IMG/VR virus record: IMGVR_UViG_3300033475_000095
Span: 1-37,017 of that record
DNA from: a virus
Taxonomy: Duplodnaviria; Caudoviricetes
DNA: 37,017 nucleotides
Reading direction: 5' to 3' (one strand)
This document shows, one piece after another, positions 26,584 to 36,119 of this stretch (its first letter is position 1; every line of letters begins with the position of its first letter). The notes under the pieces are model-generated. The model saw only the letters and a list, made by a program, of their open reading frames with translations. It was not told the origin of the DNA and made no database searches. A program made the translations under genes and the position numbers.

Positions 26584-28074
26584 TTAAACAGCTTTGCTAG
26601 TTAATAACCAAACATCAACAACACCTTGTGTTATATCTTGCACATTTCCACCAGTAGAATTAAATGTACCATAAAAAGTTGTAGGAGAAACATGATTCTC
26701 AGAAAATAAAGCTGAAGAAATTTGAAATGTATCATCCGCAGCAGCTTGATGAATATCATAAGCCGACGCATATTTTGCCGTATTAGATATTATGCCTATT
26801 TCAAGAGTTACAGCCGATACTGATCCGCCAGCAAAATTTGTTGAATGTTTTATTTTGACAGCATGTAAAATTTCCCCACCTAATAATGTACCCATTATCC
26901 AACTGTATGTTGTTACATTAAACCCCGCAAAAAGAGAATAATCAAAAGTGTATTTTGTCCACCGCGGAACAGAATCAACACTAATATCAACGCATTGCAT
27001 GTTCCCAGACGTATCTGTTCCTATTAATTTGCTTGGTGTATTTAAAAAGTGGTGTCTAAATACAGAATCATTGGCAAGTGTAAAATCACCAGTGCCAACG
27101 AATGATATATTATAAGATCCTTTAATGAAGTTTTTATAAAAAATATTTGTTCCAGATAAATAAAAAATACAGTCAGCAACAGCCTCAAATATATATCCTG
27201 CATTGGGAGAAATGCTAACATTATCGTATAATACTACAAAACTAGCACTATTTGGCATCGGTGGCGCAAACCTAACTCCTATATTATTACACGCAGTATC
27301 AACAAATTCAAAATTTTTAAACTGAAGCATAGCGCCAGACACACCTGTAAAATCAAACAACACAACTGCACCTGGGTCTGATCCATCAACAGTCATGGAA
27401 CAGTTTTCAAAAGAAACTTTTCCACCACCTGCAAGATTTCCTTGAAATATTTTTTGTCCTGTCGCTGATAAATTTATTTCAAAATCTTTTATTGCAAATG
27501 TAGCTGAACAATCGCAGGATATTTTTTTATGAATAGTTAATTGCTCACATTCTATATATACAGAAGATGCATTATTTTGAAAAAGTATATTATTGGTTGC
27601 GGTTGTTGAGGTGTGATTTAAAATTCCATTTCCATAAATACTTAATGATGTTATAGCATCATTGTCATATGCAAATGGGTCTGTAGCGTGATTTAGTGTT
27701 AAATTAACACCTCTATATAAAAACCAATTTATAGAAATTCCAACAACGGCAAGATTTTGATCTGTAGAATAATTGCCGGGTAATAATACAATCCAATCGC
27801 CATCCCCGGCCACCGCTAAAGCAGCGGCTATTGTTGCATATGGATTATTTATATTACCTCTTTGGGCAGATGAATCAAGCCCATTGGTATCAACAAAAAT
27901 AATTTTACCTATTGGGCGACTAAGTGAATTAAAAAAATTCTTTACATCGTTTAAAGTTGTCTTTTTATTAAGCTTAGTACTACTGCCTTGGATAAGCGGC
28001 AATATATCTGCAAGAGTTAAATCTGTAGATGATGCACTTGTATAATCACTTAATTTTTTTTGTGCTGTTGGCAT
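26584..28074 (-). CDS. fiber/spike-like protein with right-handed beta-helix start motif
   Basis: N-terminal KKLSDY..DILPLIQG..KKTTL as in phage fiber N-termini; IFVDTNG..PYATIAAAL..GDWIVLLPGNY pectin-lyase-fold start. Confidence 0.7.
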   Translation of the reverse strand: MPTAQKKLSDYTSASSTDLTLADILPLIQGSSTKLNKKTTLNDVKNFFNSLSRPIGKIIFVDTNGLDSSAQRGNINNPYATIAAALAVAGDGDWIVLLPGNYSTDQNLAVVGISINWFLYRGVNLTLNHATDPFAYDNDAITSLSIYGNGILNHTSTTATNNILFQNNASSVYIECEQLTIHKKISCDCSATFAIKDFEINLSATGQKIFQGNLAGGGKVSFENCSMTVDGSDPGAVVLFDFTGVSGAMLQFKNFEFVDTACNNIGVRFAPPMPNSASFVVLYDNVSISPNAGYIFEAVADCIFYLSGTNIFYKNFIKGSYNISFVGTGDFTLANDSVFRHHFLNTPSKLIGTDTSGNMQCVDISVDSVPRWTKYTFDYSLFAGFNVTTYSWIMGTLLGGEILHAVKIKHSTNFAGGSVSAVTLEIGIISNTAKYASAYDIHQAAADDTFQISSALFSENHVSPTTFYGTFNSTGGNVQDITQGVVDVWLLTSKAV

Positions 28075-28076
28075 GA

Positions 28077-28568
28077 TTAAACACCGTTAGTTATTTCAGT
28101 CGTATTGACAGCTATTTGTTGTAATATAACATCAACTGTTCCGTCGTCCTCTTGTATTTGCGTCCCTTTGCTTGTATATAGTTGCCTGTAATTCCAAAAC
28201 CCTTGCTGGTCAAAATTTAACAATTCTTCCTTTTGTAAGGTCATTGCTGTTAATCCGCTGGGCCTAAATCCAAGCAACAGCAATTTAATCAAATTCATTA
28301 CAATATAACAGCCTTGTGCGCCTCTTCTTTTTTTAGATTGAATAATAACTTCAATCGTAACAACCACATCTTGTGCTAACCCCTCAGCGCTCATACTCTT
28401 GGGCGGGTTATAATCAGACATATTGAACGAAACCCATACCCTGGGCCTTGTTAGGGCCTTTTTTAAATCTTCTTCATTTTCAGGAAGTGGACCAAAATCA
28501 ATATTTCCAGATGTTAACGAAGGATTTATTTTAGCTATTATTTCGTCCTCAAGATCTTCGTAATTCAT
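28077..28568 (-). CDS. tail terminator/completion protein (Mu gp37-like)
   Basis: LEDEIIAKI, LLLGFRP and FWNY; position after the head-tail joining gene. Confidence 0.7.
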   Translation of the reverse strand: MNYEDLEDEIIAKINPSLTSGNIDFGPLPENEEDLKKALTRPRVWVSFNMSDYNPPKSMSAEGLAQDVVVTIEVIIQSKKRRGAQGCYIVMNLIKLLLLGFRPSGLTAMTLQKEELLNFDQQGFWNYRQLYTSKGTQIQEDDGTVDVILQQIAVNTTEITNGV

Positions 28569-28930
28569 TATACTTTTTCAATTAAAAGTTTTAACGTATT
28601 ACCGTCCCATTTTGAAAGCGGTTTCAATACGGCATAGGTTAATGCTGTTGTAATGTCGCTACCTATTTTATAAATTTTAACTTGCTCCATACCGCCCGCC
28701 CTTGATGTTTCAAATAATCCAGGTAAATCGCCGTTCTTGTATTCAATTTGAAACAAATTAGGCGAGTAGTCAATCTCGCCTAATTTATATTGTTCCGTAG
28801 GTTCTTTATAAAGACATTTTGCAAGTTGCGCTGGGTCGCCGTTCGACGGCGTCCAGGATACCATATAACCAAATACATTATTTATGGTATTAAAAAGATT
28901 ATCTTGCAACTTATCAAATATATTGCCCAC
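28568..28930 (-). CDS. head-tail joining protein
   Basis: 120 aa with GTG start; position after the capsid cement gene. Confidence 0.65.
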   Translation of the reverse strand: MGNIFDKLQDNLFNTINNVFGYMVSWTPSNGDPAQLAKCLYKEPTEQYKLGEIDYSPNLFQIEYKNGDLPGLFETSRAGGMEQVKIYKIGSDITTALTYAVLKPLSKWDGNTLKLLIEKV

Positions 28931-28933
28931 TTT

Positions 28934-29260
28934 TTAGCAGAATAATTTTACATTACCAGTTGTGTCGCCAGAAGCCGCAGCATCAAAAGCCCAGCCAATA
29001 GCTGTATTACTTGTTGAAACAGTGGTGACATTCTTAGCGGTATCATCCCAATAAAGTTGCTCGCCTTGTGTCCATGCTGAGCCTGTTGCTTTTGGAACTG
29101 TAAAAACACCTTCCATTGAACATGCAACAGTGTCACCTGTTGAGCCAGAAGCAAGAGGAACCGCTAATCTTATTCCTAATAAGAAGGGAGTTCCGGCGAC
29201 TGCATCCGCTGCAAGTACAACGTTGCACACGTCACCCGACATTATATAATTTTGTGCCAT
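28934..29260 (-). CDS. DUF2190-family capsid cement/decoration protein
   Basis: MAQNYIMSGD..EGVFTVPK..GEQLYWD..IGWA..VKL; follows the capsid gene. Confidence 0.9.
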   Translation of the reverse strand: MAQNYIMSGDVCNVVLAADAVAGTPFLLGIRLAVPLASGSTGDTVACSMEGVFTVPKATGSAWTQGEQLYWDDTAKNVTTVSTSNTAIGWAFDAAASGDTTGNVKLFC

Positions 29261-29300
29261 TTTATTTTAAAATAAATTGTTGAAAATATTTTTAACTTTT

Positions 29301-29337
29301 AAAAGAATAGGGCGATTTTGGCGCCCTATTCTTTTTT
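29301..29337. terminator. intrinsic terminator after the capsid gene
   Basis: AAAAGAATAGGGCG/CGCCCTATTCTTTT inverted repeat. Confidence 0.8.
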
Positions 29338-29352
29338 ATTGTTTAGTATTTA

Positions 29353-31344
29353 TTAAGCACCTGCGTTTTTAATAATACCCCTGTGTCCAATTGCACCTGT
29401 TCCGTAATCGTGTCTGATTTTCCAACGGATACCATCAACGTCAAACCCGATTTCAGACTCAAGATAAGGGCTTTGATTTCCATCTAAAAATACAACCTCA
29501 AACACTGGTTCGTTTGCAGGATCTGCCATTGCATACCAAGCATTACCAGAAAGCCTTGGCGAGTCAATCATCGTTCCAAACATTCCTTTGGATCTGTTAG
29601 GAACCTGGAATTTATTTGATAAATCAACATCGTATTGAGCATCGTTCACGGTTCTTGCAGTAGAACCAAGAGCCGTTGGACCAAGCCAAATGGCAGGCAT
29701 AATATCAAGATAATCGTTTCCGTCCTGATCCTTGATTTGTTTCATCTGCGTCCTAATAGCATCAAAAGAAGCAACAGTTGGCGCCGCTGCGGTTCCTGCA
29801 ATGTTACCGTGTGATGAATGGAACAAAGGGTTTCCGTCTTGCAGAGTAGGACCATTGCCACTATTCAATGCAAACAGCGCATAAACATCTGTTTCAATTG
29901 TTCTTGCGGCGGCCCTTCCTAACATACTTGTCAATCTTGATAATCCGGAAAGATCATCATTAATTATCATTTTTCTTGATAAATTAATTAGATTTCCTTT
30001 TGTTCCAGCCTCGATTGACTCATATTCTGCGTCGTTCAGCTTCTTATTTTTGTATTCTCCATTTTCTGCCAGAGAATCAAGGTTTGACAATGTGCCAAAT
30101 CTCAAACGTCTGTATGGCCTAAAATCGGCAACACTTCCAATCAGACAGAACGAACGCCATGTGTCAGGAGCTGCATTATATGCGGCCAATAAAATCTGAC
30201 GGTTAAGACCAGAAAGAAGAATTGGAAAATCAGAAGTACTTGAGGTTATTGCCCTTTGTACGATTTCCATTTTGTCAAGTCCATCAAACTTAATTGCGGC
30301 CCTGGTCAAACATTCTTTTGCAATATCAAGCAAAGTTTTTCCTCTGTGCTCTCTTGCTGCTTGAATAACTTCCGGCTTGAACTCCTTAGAGGCATCAAGG
30401 CTTGGCGAAGATCTCATGAAAAGACCAGCAATAACCGCATTTCTGATTTTGTCCTTTTCGTCCTCACCAGTAACAGCAACAGTTCCGTTGCCTTTGTGAG
30501 GATCATTTTTAGCAAATTCATCCAAGATAAGCTTTCTTGCTTCGTCAATTGTCTTGCCTTCGCTTATTAATGTTTCTGCAAAAGCTTCTGGAAGTTTTGC
30601 AATATTAACGGCTTTTCTTATTTCAATACCCCTTGTTCTTTCTGCTTCAACTGCGGCTCTAGTGTTATTCTCAGAAGCTATGCGGACGCGCTCAGCTGCT
30701 TCAGCGGCGGTTCTCGTTGCTTCAGCGGCGACGGCTTGTTCAGCTGCTTCGCGCGCGGCTTTTTGTTCTGGTGTTTCTGGCATTTCTCTATTATTTAATT
30801 TAAAAATCTTAACAAGTTGTTCTTTCTGGCTATCGTCAGACCTAACGCCTGCGTTATAATCTGCGGGAACAGAAACCATTGATATTTCATAAGGCTCCCA
30901 ATCTGTTGCTTCATATGTAGACAATTGTCCTTCCCCGCCTGAAATTTCACGATATTGATAAACGCGATACCCTACACTTACATTTCTTATTATTCCGTCA
31001 ACAACATCTTGAAAAACCTGTTCTGCATCTGGATTTTTAGAAAATCTTATTGTTGCATATCCATTTTTTCCATCACTCCAAGCCCTCTCAACAACTCCTA
31101 TTTGTGCACCGCTGTAGTGATTATCTAACAAAGGAGCTCCGGCGTTTAAGCGTGCAAATCTTACGTTATTGGTTCCAAATAACAATGACTCATAATATTG
31201 GTCCCAACTACCCATAAGAACAGGTGCATCTGTTCCAAACACAACGTCAACAGTTCTTTTGTCAACATTTAGTGTTCCAGGTGAAACAGCTGCACGAGTG
31301 TTCAGCATCGGAAGTGATTTCTCTATTTCTATTACTTCAGGCAT
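29353..31344 (-). CDS. fused prohead protease (HK97-type), scaffold-like linker and major capsid protein
   Basis: APLLDNH, IRNVSVGY and WEPYEISMVSVPAD protease motifs; Ala/Glu linker; STSDFPILL, LSRKMIINDDL, GFDVDGI and RHDYG capsid motifs. Confidence 0.93.
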   Translation of the reverse strand: MPEVIEIEKSLPMLNTRAAVSPGTLNVDKRTVDVVFGTDAPVLMGSWDQYYESLLFGTNNVRFARLNAGAPLLDNHYSGAQIGVVERAWSDGKNGYATIRFSKNPDAEQVFQDVVDGIIRNVSVGYRVYQYREISGGEGQLSTYEATDWEPYEISMVSVPADYNAGVRSDDSQKEQLVKIFKLNNREMPETPEQKAAREAAEQAVAAEATRTAAEAAERVRIASENNTRAAVEAERTRGIEIRKAVNIAKLPEAFAETLISEGKTIDEARKLILDEFAKNDPHKGNGTVAVTGEDEKDKIRNAVIAGLFMRSSPSLDASKEFKPEVIQAAREHRGKTLLDIAKECLTRAAIKFDGLDKMEIVQRAITSSTSDFPILLSGLNRQILLAAYNAAPDTWRSFCLIGSVADFRPYRRLRFGTLSNLDSLAENGEYKNKKLNDAEYESIEAGTKGNLINLSRKMIINDDLSGLSRLTSMLGRAAARTIETDVYALFALNSGNGPTLQDGNPLFHSSHGNIAGTAAAPTVASFDAIRTQMKQIKDQDGNDYLDIMPAIWLGPTALGSTARTVNDAQYDVDLSNKFQVPNRSKGMFGTMIDSPRLSGNAWYAMADPANEPVFEVVFLDGNQSPYLESEIGFDVDGIRWKIRHDYGTGAIGHRGIIKNAGA

Positions 31345-31422
31345 TGTTGTTAATACAAAATTTTAAACAATTATACACATAAATTAATATGTAACCAAAA
31401 AAAAATTAAACAATTATTTTGT

Positions 31423-32928
31423 TTATTGATTATTATTAGTTTGTCCACTTGGCGCCTGTCGGTTTGGTCCTTGTATTGGCGGAACTGGTCGCGTTGGATC
31501 AAATCTTGGATCACAAGTAAGCATCAACTTGAATTCTTCAAATAATGCATATTCTTCTTTTAGCGCAATAAGCAATTCTTGAGGGTCCCAACCCCTAGAA
31601 CTTACGGCCTCGGCCCAAGATGTAAAACCGGCCCGAACCTCATCCGTCATTGCTTTTATTTCTTTTACCGGGTCGATCATTTCGCGGCGCGGCGGTGTCC
31701 AGCTTGCAACGATATCTGTTTTTGATATTATACCGGCCATATTTGCAGACTCAACAAACCAATTCCATATTTTATCACATGCTGGCAACATTACGTTATC
31801 TTGCCAATCAGAAACTTGCCTATGAAATTCAAGCCACCCCATGCGGCCAGATGAAAAATTCACATTTGACAAATCACCTGTCAGTGCTTCGTAGGTTACA
31901 CCATATGCGGCGGCTATGGCCCGTAATACATTCTTTGCATATTCTCCGTACCCTTCTGTTCCTGGTGGAGTTGCGAATGTAATATTTTTTCCAGGCGGCA
32001 AGTGCTCTATAACTCCGGGCTGTACACGCTCACTGATAGACCCATCATCTTCAGTGTCTGTGTCAGCAATGGCGCCTGTAAGATCTTCGCTTTGGTCATG
32101 AACAAACACAGCGAAACAAGCGGCTATTTTTTGACGCATTAACTGTGCATCTTCGTAATCATCAAAATCTTTCAACCTAATAAACGCAGATGTGCCCGCA
32201 GGAACACCGCGCGCTTGTCCGGGTCTTAATGTTTCGAATACATGTATTATTTCTGAAGATGAAACGCGATAAGAAAGCATTGTATTGGGAACAACATCGT
32301 ATGGGTGACGTTCAAACACCCAATATGCAACACGTTTTCCGTTTTTGTCAAACTCAACGCCCTGCACTATATATCCACCACCTTCAAGCGGTGTTGTCCT
32401 ATTTTGGTCTAATAGATCACCCTCAACCACCTGTATTTGCACAGGCAACAACCCATTACTTACACGACGACGACGTATAAGGACGTCACCACCTTCAGAA
32501 AGTGACCGCATAATAAGTTTTTGCAGTCCATACATTGTCAGCATTCCATCAAAATCACATTCCGTTTTTTCGGCCCACTTTTTCCAAAGGTCCATAAGCT
32601 TTTTAGCATCTCTTCCTTTTGTGTCAATACGCGGACGAATGCCAGAACCAACAACATTTGTTGAAATTACAGTAATTGCTTTTTTTGAATATGGATTATT
32701 CCTGACAAGGTCCCTTGCTCTATCTCTTAAAGTTAAAAGGGACGTTTGTATTTCAAGATTTGCAGAGCCAGGAGAGGTTTTCCAATTTTTTGTTCTTGGC
32801 GTTCTGCTTGATCCTTCATAACCTCTTACTTCATTTAATATAAAACGGGCGCGGGCGCGCTTAAGTGCAAGCGTTGGACTAACTAAGCCGATAGCGCGTT
32901 CTAAAAAATTCAACTTAGCTTGTTTCAT
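31423..32928 (-). CDS. portal protein, lambda family
   Basis: LRDRARDLVRNNPY, QGVEFD, RPGQARGVP, LTGDLSNVNFSSGR and IDPVKE. Confidence 0.95.
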   Translation of the reverse strand: MKQAKLNFLERAIGLVSPTLALKRARARFILNEVRGYEGSSRTPRTKNWKTSPGSANLEIQTSLLTLRDRARDLVRNNPYSKKAITVISTNVVGSGIRPRIDTKGRDAKKLMDLWKKWAEKTECDFDGMLTMYGLQKLIMRSLSEGGDVLIRRRRVSNGLLPVQIQVVEGDLLDQNRTTPLEGGGYIVQGVEFDKNGKRVAYWVFERHPYDVVPNTMLSYRVSSSEIIHVFETLRPGQARGVPAGTSAFIRLKDFDDYEDAQLMRQKIAACFAVFVHDQSEDLTGAIADTDTEDDGSISERVQPGVIEHLPPGKNITFATPPGTEGYGEYAKNVLRAIAAAYGVTYEALTGDLSNVNFSSGRMGWLEFHRQVSDWQDNVMLPACDKIWNWFVESANMAGIISKTDIVASWTPPRREMIDPVKEIKAMTDEVRAGFTSWAEAVSSRGWDPQELLIALKEEYALFEEFKLMLTCDPRFDPTRPVPPIQGPNRQAPSGQTNNNQ

Positions 32929-33125
32929 AGACCTTTTGAAAAATTACCGTTTGTTCTTCCGCTTGTTCTTGTTGTAAAGCCAAGCGATTTTGCCATATCA
33001 GCAAGTATTGTTTTCATTTCTGCAAGCGATCTATATTCGATACGTTTATCACCATATTCAACGCGAGTTGCACCGCTTGCAATTGCAGACTTTAAAGCGT
33101 CATAATCATCTTGAGTATAAGCCAT
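32925..33125 (-). CDS. head-tail adaptor (lambda gpW-like)
   Basis: MAYTQDDYDALKSAIASGATRVEYGDKRIEYRSLAEM; ATGA overlap with the portal gene. Confidence 0.88.
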   Translation of the reverse strand: MAYTQDDYDALKSAIASGATRVEYGDKRIEYRSLAEMKTILADMAKSLGFTTRTSGRTNGNFSKGL

Positions 33126-33208
33126 ATTCAAAAATAGTATTAATTTTTAAACAATTTACTAAAAAATTAGTATAATTGGCTTTATTTTTAAATAAAACAG
33201 TAAAAAAA

Positions 33209-33628
33209 ATGAAAAAATCAATTTTTGTTTTACCCTTATCGCTCTTTATGGTGGCAAGCGTAAACGTTAGTTATGGCACTCCTGACGATATGCAAAAGGC
33301 CAAAATAGAAAAAGTCGATATTGTAAAAAGCAATGTTATTGCTTATGATGTCGATGTTGTGAATAATTTAACACCAAAAGCTGTTGATTATTTTAGTCTT
33401 TATAATAGTCCGGAGGGTAGGCTGTTAAATATTTACATGGACCTATCAATTAATGATTATGAATACAAGAAAGCAACAGATAATATAATTTATTATACAA
33501 AAAGGCTTGAGTATTTTAATTTCAAAAAACGAAAGTATATTAAAAAATATTATCCATCTTCAGCACAAACAGTAAACTACAATCATTATACTATACAGAC
33601 AAAGTTGCCGCACAGCTGGAAATGTTGA
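33209..33628 (+). CDS. secreted/periplasmic moron protein
   Basis: MKKSIFVLPLSLFMVASVNVSYG signal-peptide-like N-terminus; opposite strand; has its own terminator. Confidence 0.65.
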   Translation: MKKSIFVLPLSLFMVASVNVSYGTPDDMQKAKIEKVDIVKSNVIAYDVDVVNNLTPKAVDYFSLYNSPEGRLLNIYMDLSINDYEYKKATDNIIYYTKRLEYFNFKKRKYIKKYYPSSAQTVNYNHYTIQTKLPHSWKC

Positions 33629-33647
33629 CAGACATAGAAAAAGAAAA

Positions 33648-33683
33648 AATAAAAAATCCCGTCCAGCTGCGGGATTTTTTATT
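33648..33683. terminator. bidirectional intrinsic terminator
   Basis: AAAAAATCCCG/CGGGATTTTTT hairpin between convergent genes. Confidence 0.85.
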
Positions 33684-35589
33684 ACCTATTCCAAAAGTCA
33701 GTTTTATCTTTCCTTTTTATTTTTTTCTTTACAGGCTCAGGTTGGGCCGGCGGTTCTTCTACTTTTGATTTTGCTTTGTGTGTATATCCTGCCTTTAGCT
33801 TATCCCACATTTTAGGCGTCAATCGGTCTATTCCTATAATTGCAGCGGCGGCACGCGCATATACTCGCATGTCAAGTGGTTCATTTCGCTCATATTTTTT
33901 AACCCATTGATATTTTTTATATCCTTTTACAACCTTCAATTCTATTTGTTCGGCCGTAAGACCTTTAAAATATTCTGGTTCATATTGCGGAAAGTGACAA
34001 TATCCGGGCGGCGTATCACCTTCTATTTTTTCCTGACGCAACCATCCGTATAATTCATGTTTAATAACAGATACCCCAATATGCCACACCTTAACTTTGC
34101 CTGCGGTCTTGCCTGTTCTTTTAGTATCAACGGCTTTTGGCGGTCTTATTATTGTGACCTGTGTATCTTGTCCTTTTATTGGAACAACCGCAGAAGCGTC
34201 CATTGTACGACAAAAATCGTAAACATACGCCGTATTAAATCCTGAGTCAATGCAAGTCATTCTTATCGGTAGCAATGTTAAATCATCTTTAATAAATTGC
34301 TTACTTAAATATTCTCGTAACTCTTGCCAGACTTTTTTGCCTGCGGTGTCTCCTATAAAAACCGCTTTTTCGATAGAATAAGAAATTTTATTAGGACACC
34401 AACCAACGACTTCTATTTCCAAACGGTCGCGCTGAACATCGACGCCTGAAGTAAGAAAAACAACCTCATTTGGCACAATACCAATCGGGTAATCTTCGCG
34501 GCGATTATATAAATTTTCCCAGGCTGGTGCGTCTGTTTTTTCAGCATAAGGAAGTCCAAGTTTAGTATTAACAAAAGTTTTCATCTTTGTAGTGTCTTCT
34601 TTTGCTGCTTCAAATTCCTTTACAATATCTTTCCATGACAACCAACCAAGCGGCGAGTACAGGCCATTAATAATAAATCCTATAGTATCCTTATTACTTT
34701 TTTCTGGTTCAGTTGCTATCCATTCACCAGCTGCAAGAAATTTGGCCTTGTGCCTCTCTTCAGTAAGTCCGCCACAATGCTTACATTCATATTTTACAGT
34801 GCTTGGTTTGCCTGGGGTCCATCGTAATTGTTCAAACTCCAAAACCTGCGGCACGCCACAACAAGGAAGCGGAACAAAAAACATTTGCTTGTCAGTATCT
34901 TCAATTTCATTTTCTATTGCACTTGCACCGGTAATTGTTGGAGTACTAAGAATAAAAATTTTTCTATTTCCAAATGTTAATGTTCTTGTAATTGCCAAGT
35001 CCATTGGCGACCCTTCATTATCAACATCTATTGGATAACGGTCAACTTCGTCAAGTATCAATACACGAATAGGACGCGAGGCAAGTTCTGCGGCTGAATT
35101 GGCGCCAGTTAAAATAAGAATACCACCAGCAAAAGATTTTTCAAGAACGGTATTATCTGCGTCACGCTCTCGCGCAGGCCTTATTTTTTTATTTAATGTC
35201 GGACAATTTTCAATCATTGGCTTAAGTCGCGATTTACTTAACCCTTTGGCCATGTTTACCGTTGGCATAATATACATAATAGGACACGGCGAAATGTCCA
35301 TATATGTACCTATACAATTAAGACCAGCTTCTGAAAATCCCTGTTGTGATGCTTTTTGAGCAACTACTTTTTTATAAGTAGAAGTTGGCGAGAGACAGTC
35401 AAGTATTTTTTTTAAATATGGTGTTCGGTCTGTTCTCCAACGTCCAGGCTCAGCGCTGGACTCAGACGAAAGATACCTATTTTCATCTGACCATTCAGAA
35501 ACCGTAAGCAATGGCGTCGGTGCTAAGCCCTCTATAAAACCAAGGATATAATCATAATCAACGTCAATATATTCTGGCGTGTCCTTCAT
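33682..35589 (-). CDS. terL: terminase large subunit, lambda GpA family
   Basis: SAEPGRW..RTPY, KASQQGFSE, GANSAAELASRPIR..DEVDRY, STPT, GVDVQ, IDSG and RNEPLD. Confidence 0.96.
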   Translation of the reverse strand: MKDTPEYIDVDYDYILGFIEGLAPTPLLTVSEWSDENRYLSSESSAEPGRWRTDRTPYLKKILDCLSPTSTYKKVVAQKASQQGFSEAGLNCIGTYMDISPCPIMYIMPTVNMAKGLSKSRLKPMIENCPTLNKKIRPARERDADNTVLEKSFAGGILILTGANSAAELASRPIRVLILDEVDRYPIDVDNEGSPMDLAITRTLTFGNRKIFILSTPTITGASAIENEIEDTDKQMFFVPLPCCGVPQVLEFEQLRWTPGKPSTVKYECKHCGGLTEERHKAKFLAAGEWIATEPEKSNKDTIGFIINGLYSPLGWLSWKDIVKEFEAAKEDTTKMKTFVNTKLGLPYAEKTDAPAWENLYNRREDYPIGIVPNEVVFLTSGVDVQRDRLEIEVVGWCPNKISYSIEKAVFIGDTAGKKVWQELREYLSKQFIKDDLTLLPIRMTCIDSGFNTAYVYDFCRTMDASAVVPIKGQDTQVTIIRPPKAVDTKRTGKTAGKVKVWHIGVSVIKHELYGWLRQEKIEGDTPPGYCHFPQYEPEYFKGLTAEQIELKVVKGYKKYQWVKKYERNEPLDMRVYARAAAAIIGIDRLTPKMWDKLKAGYTHKAKSKVEEPPAQPEPVKKKIKRKDKTDFWNR

Positions 35590-35590
35590 T

Positions 35591-35716
35591 TTACCAATTC
35601 CAAAACCCTTTTAATAAATAGGCAAAAAAACAAAAAACTAAAAATGCACCAAGGAACATATATCCTATAGATTTGCCAATCTCAATTAAATTAATATCAA
35701 ATTCAATGTGTATCAT
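35591..35716 (-). CDS. small single-TM protein (41 aa)
   Basis: MIHIEFDINLIEIGKSIGYMFLGAFLVFCFFAYLLKGFWNW*; ATGA overlap upstream and stop 1 nt before the terL ATG. Confidence 0.55.
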   Translation of the reverse strand: MIHIEFDINLIEIGKSIGYMFLGAFLVFCFFAYLLKGFWNW

Positions 35717-35853
35717 TTTTTTCTATGTCTCTTTTTTGGTTTTGTATAATTAGAAACGCGGCGCAACTTATCAAGTCGTTGTCCGGGTTGAAGCGAGTCA
35801 GAAAATTCTTTCCAGGCTTCGCGCTTCATTTGTTCAAACTTATCTTTTTGCAT
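35713..35853 (-). CDS. small basic protein (46 aa)
   Basis: MQKDKFEQMKREAWKEFSDSLQPGQRLDKLRRVSNYTKPKKRHRKK*; overlaps both neighbours. Confidence 0.55.
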   Translation of the reverse strand: MQKDKFEQMKREAWKEFSDSLQPGQRLDKLRRVSNYTKPKKRHRKK

Positions 35854-36118
35854 CGAAAAACATTTGTTGTTCCTTTGCTATTTCTGCAACCTTCTGAAGC
35901 TGTTCATTGGTGAACTGAAGTTCAACAGCAACACCGTCTGTTGATTCTGCTATAAAGGCAATTCCGGCGCGTCCAAATCTTGTCATACCTTCAATTATAG
36001 ATACCTTTTCAACAGGTAAAACATATACTTTTTTTGCCCTGGCTCCAACTTCCGGAAAGTTTCGTTTACCCGCTGCGGCGTCTTCTTTGCTTTGTACTTT
36101 TATTATAAATTCGCTCAT
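35840..36118 (-). CDS. hypothetical protein
   Basis: 92 aa starting 1 nt after the terS stop. Confidence 0.7.
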   Translation of the reverse strand: MSEFIIKVQSKEDAAAGKRNFPEVGARAKKVYVLPVEKVSIIEGMTRFGRAGIAFIAESTDGVAVELQFTNEQLQKVAEIAKEQQMFFDAKR

Positions 36119-36119
36119 T

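Noticed and set aside
29353-31344. Protease-capsid fusion and lambda-like head with P2-like tail as a novelty
   Set aside because: Both arrangements are already known in temperate phages.
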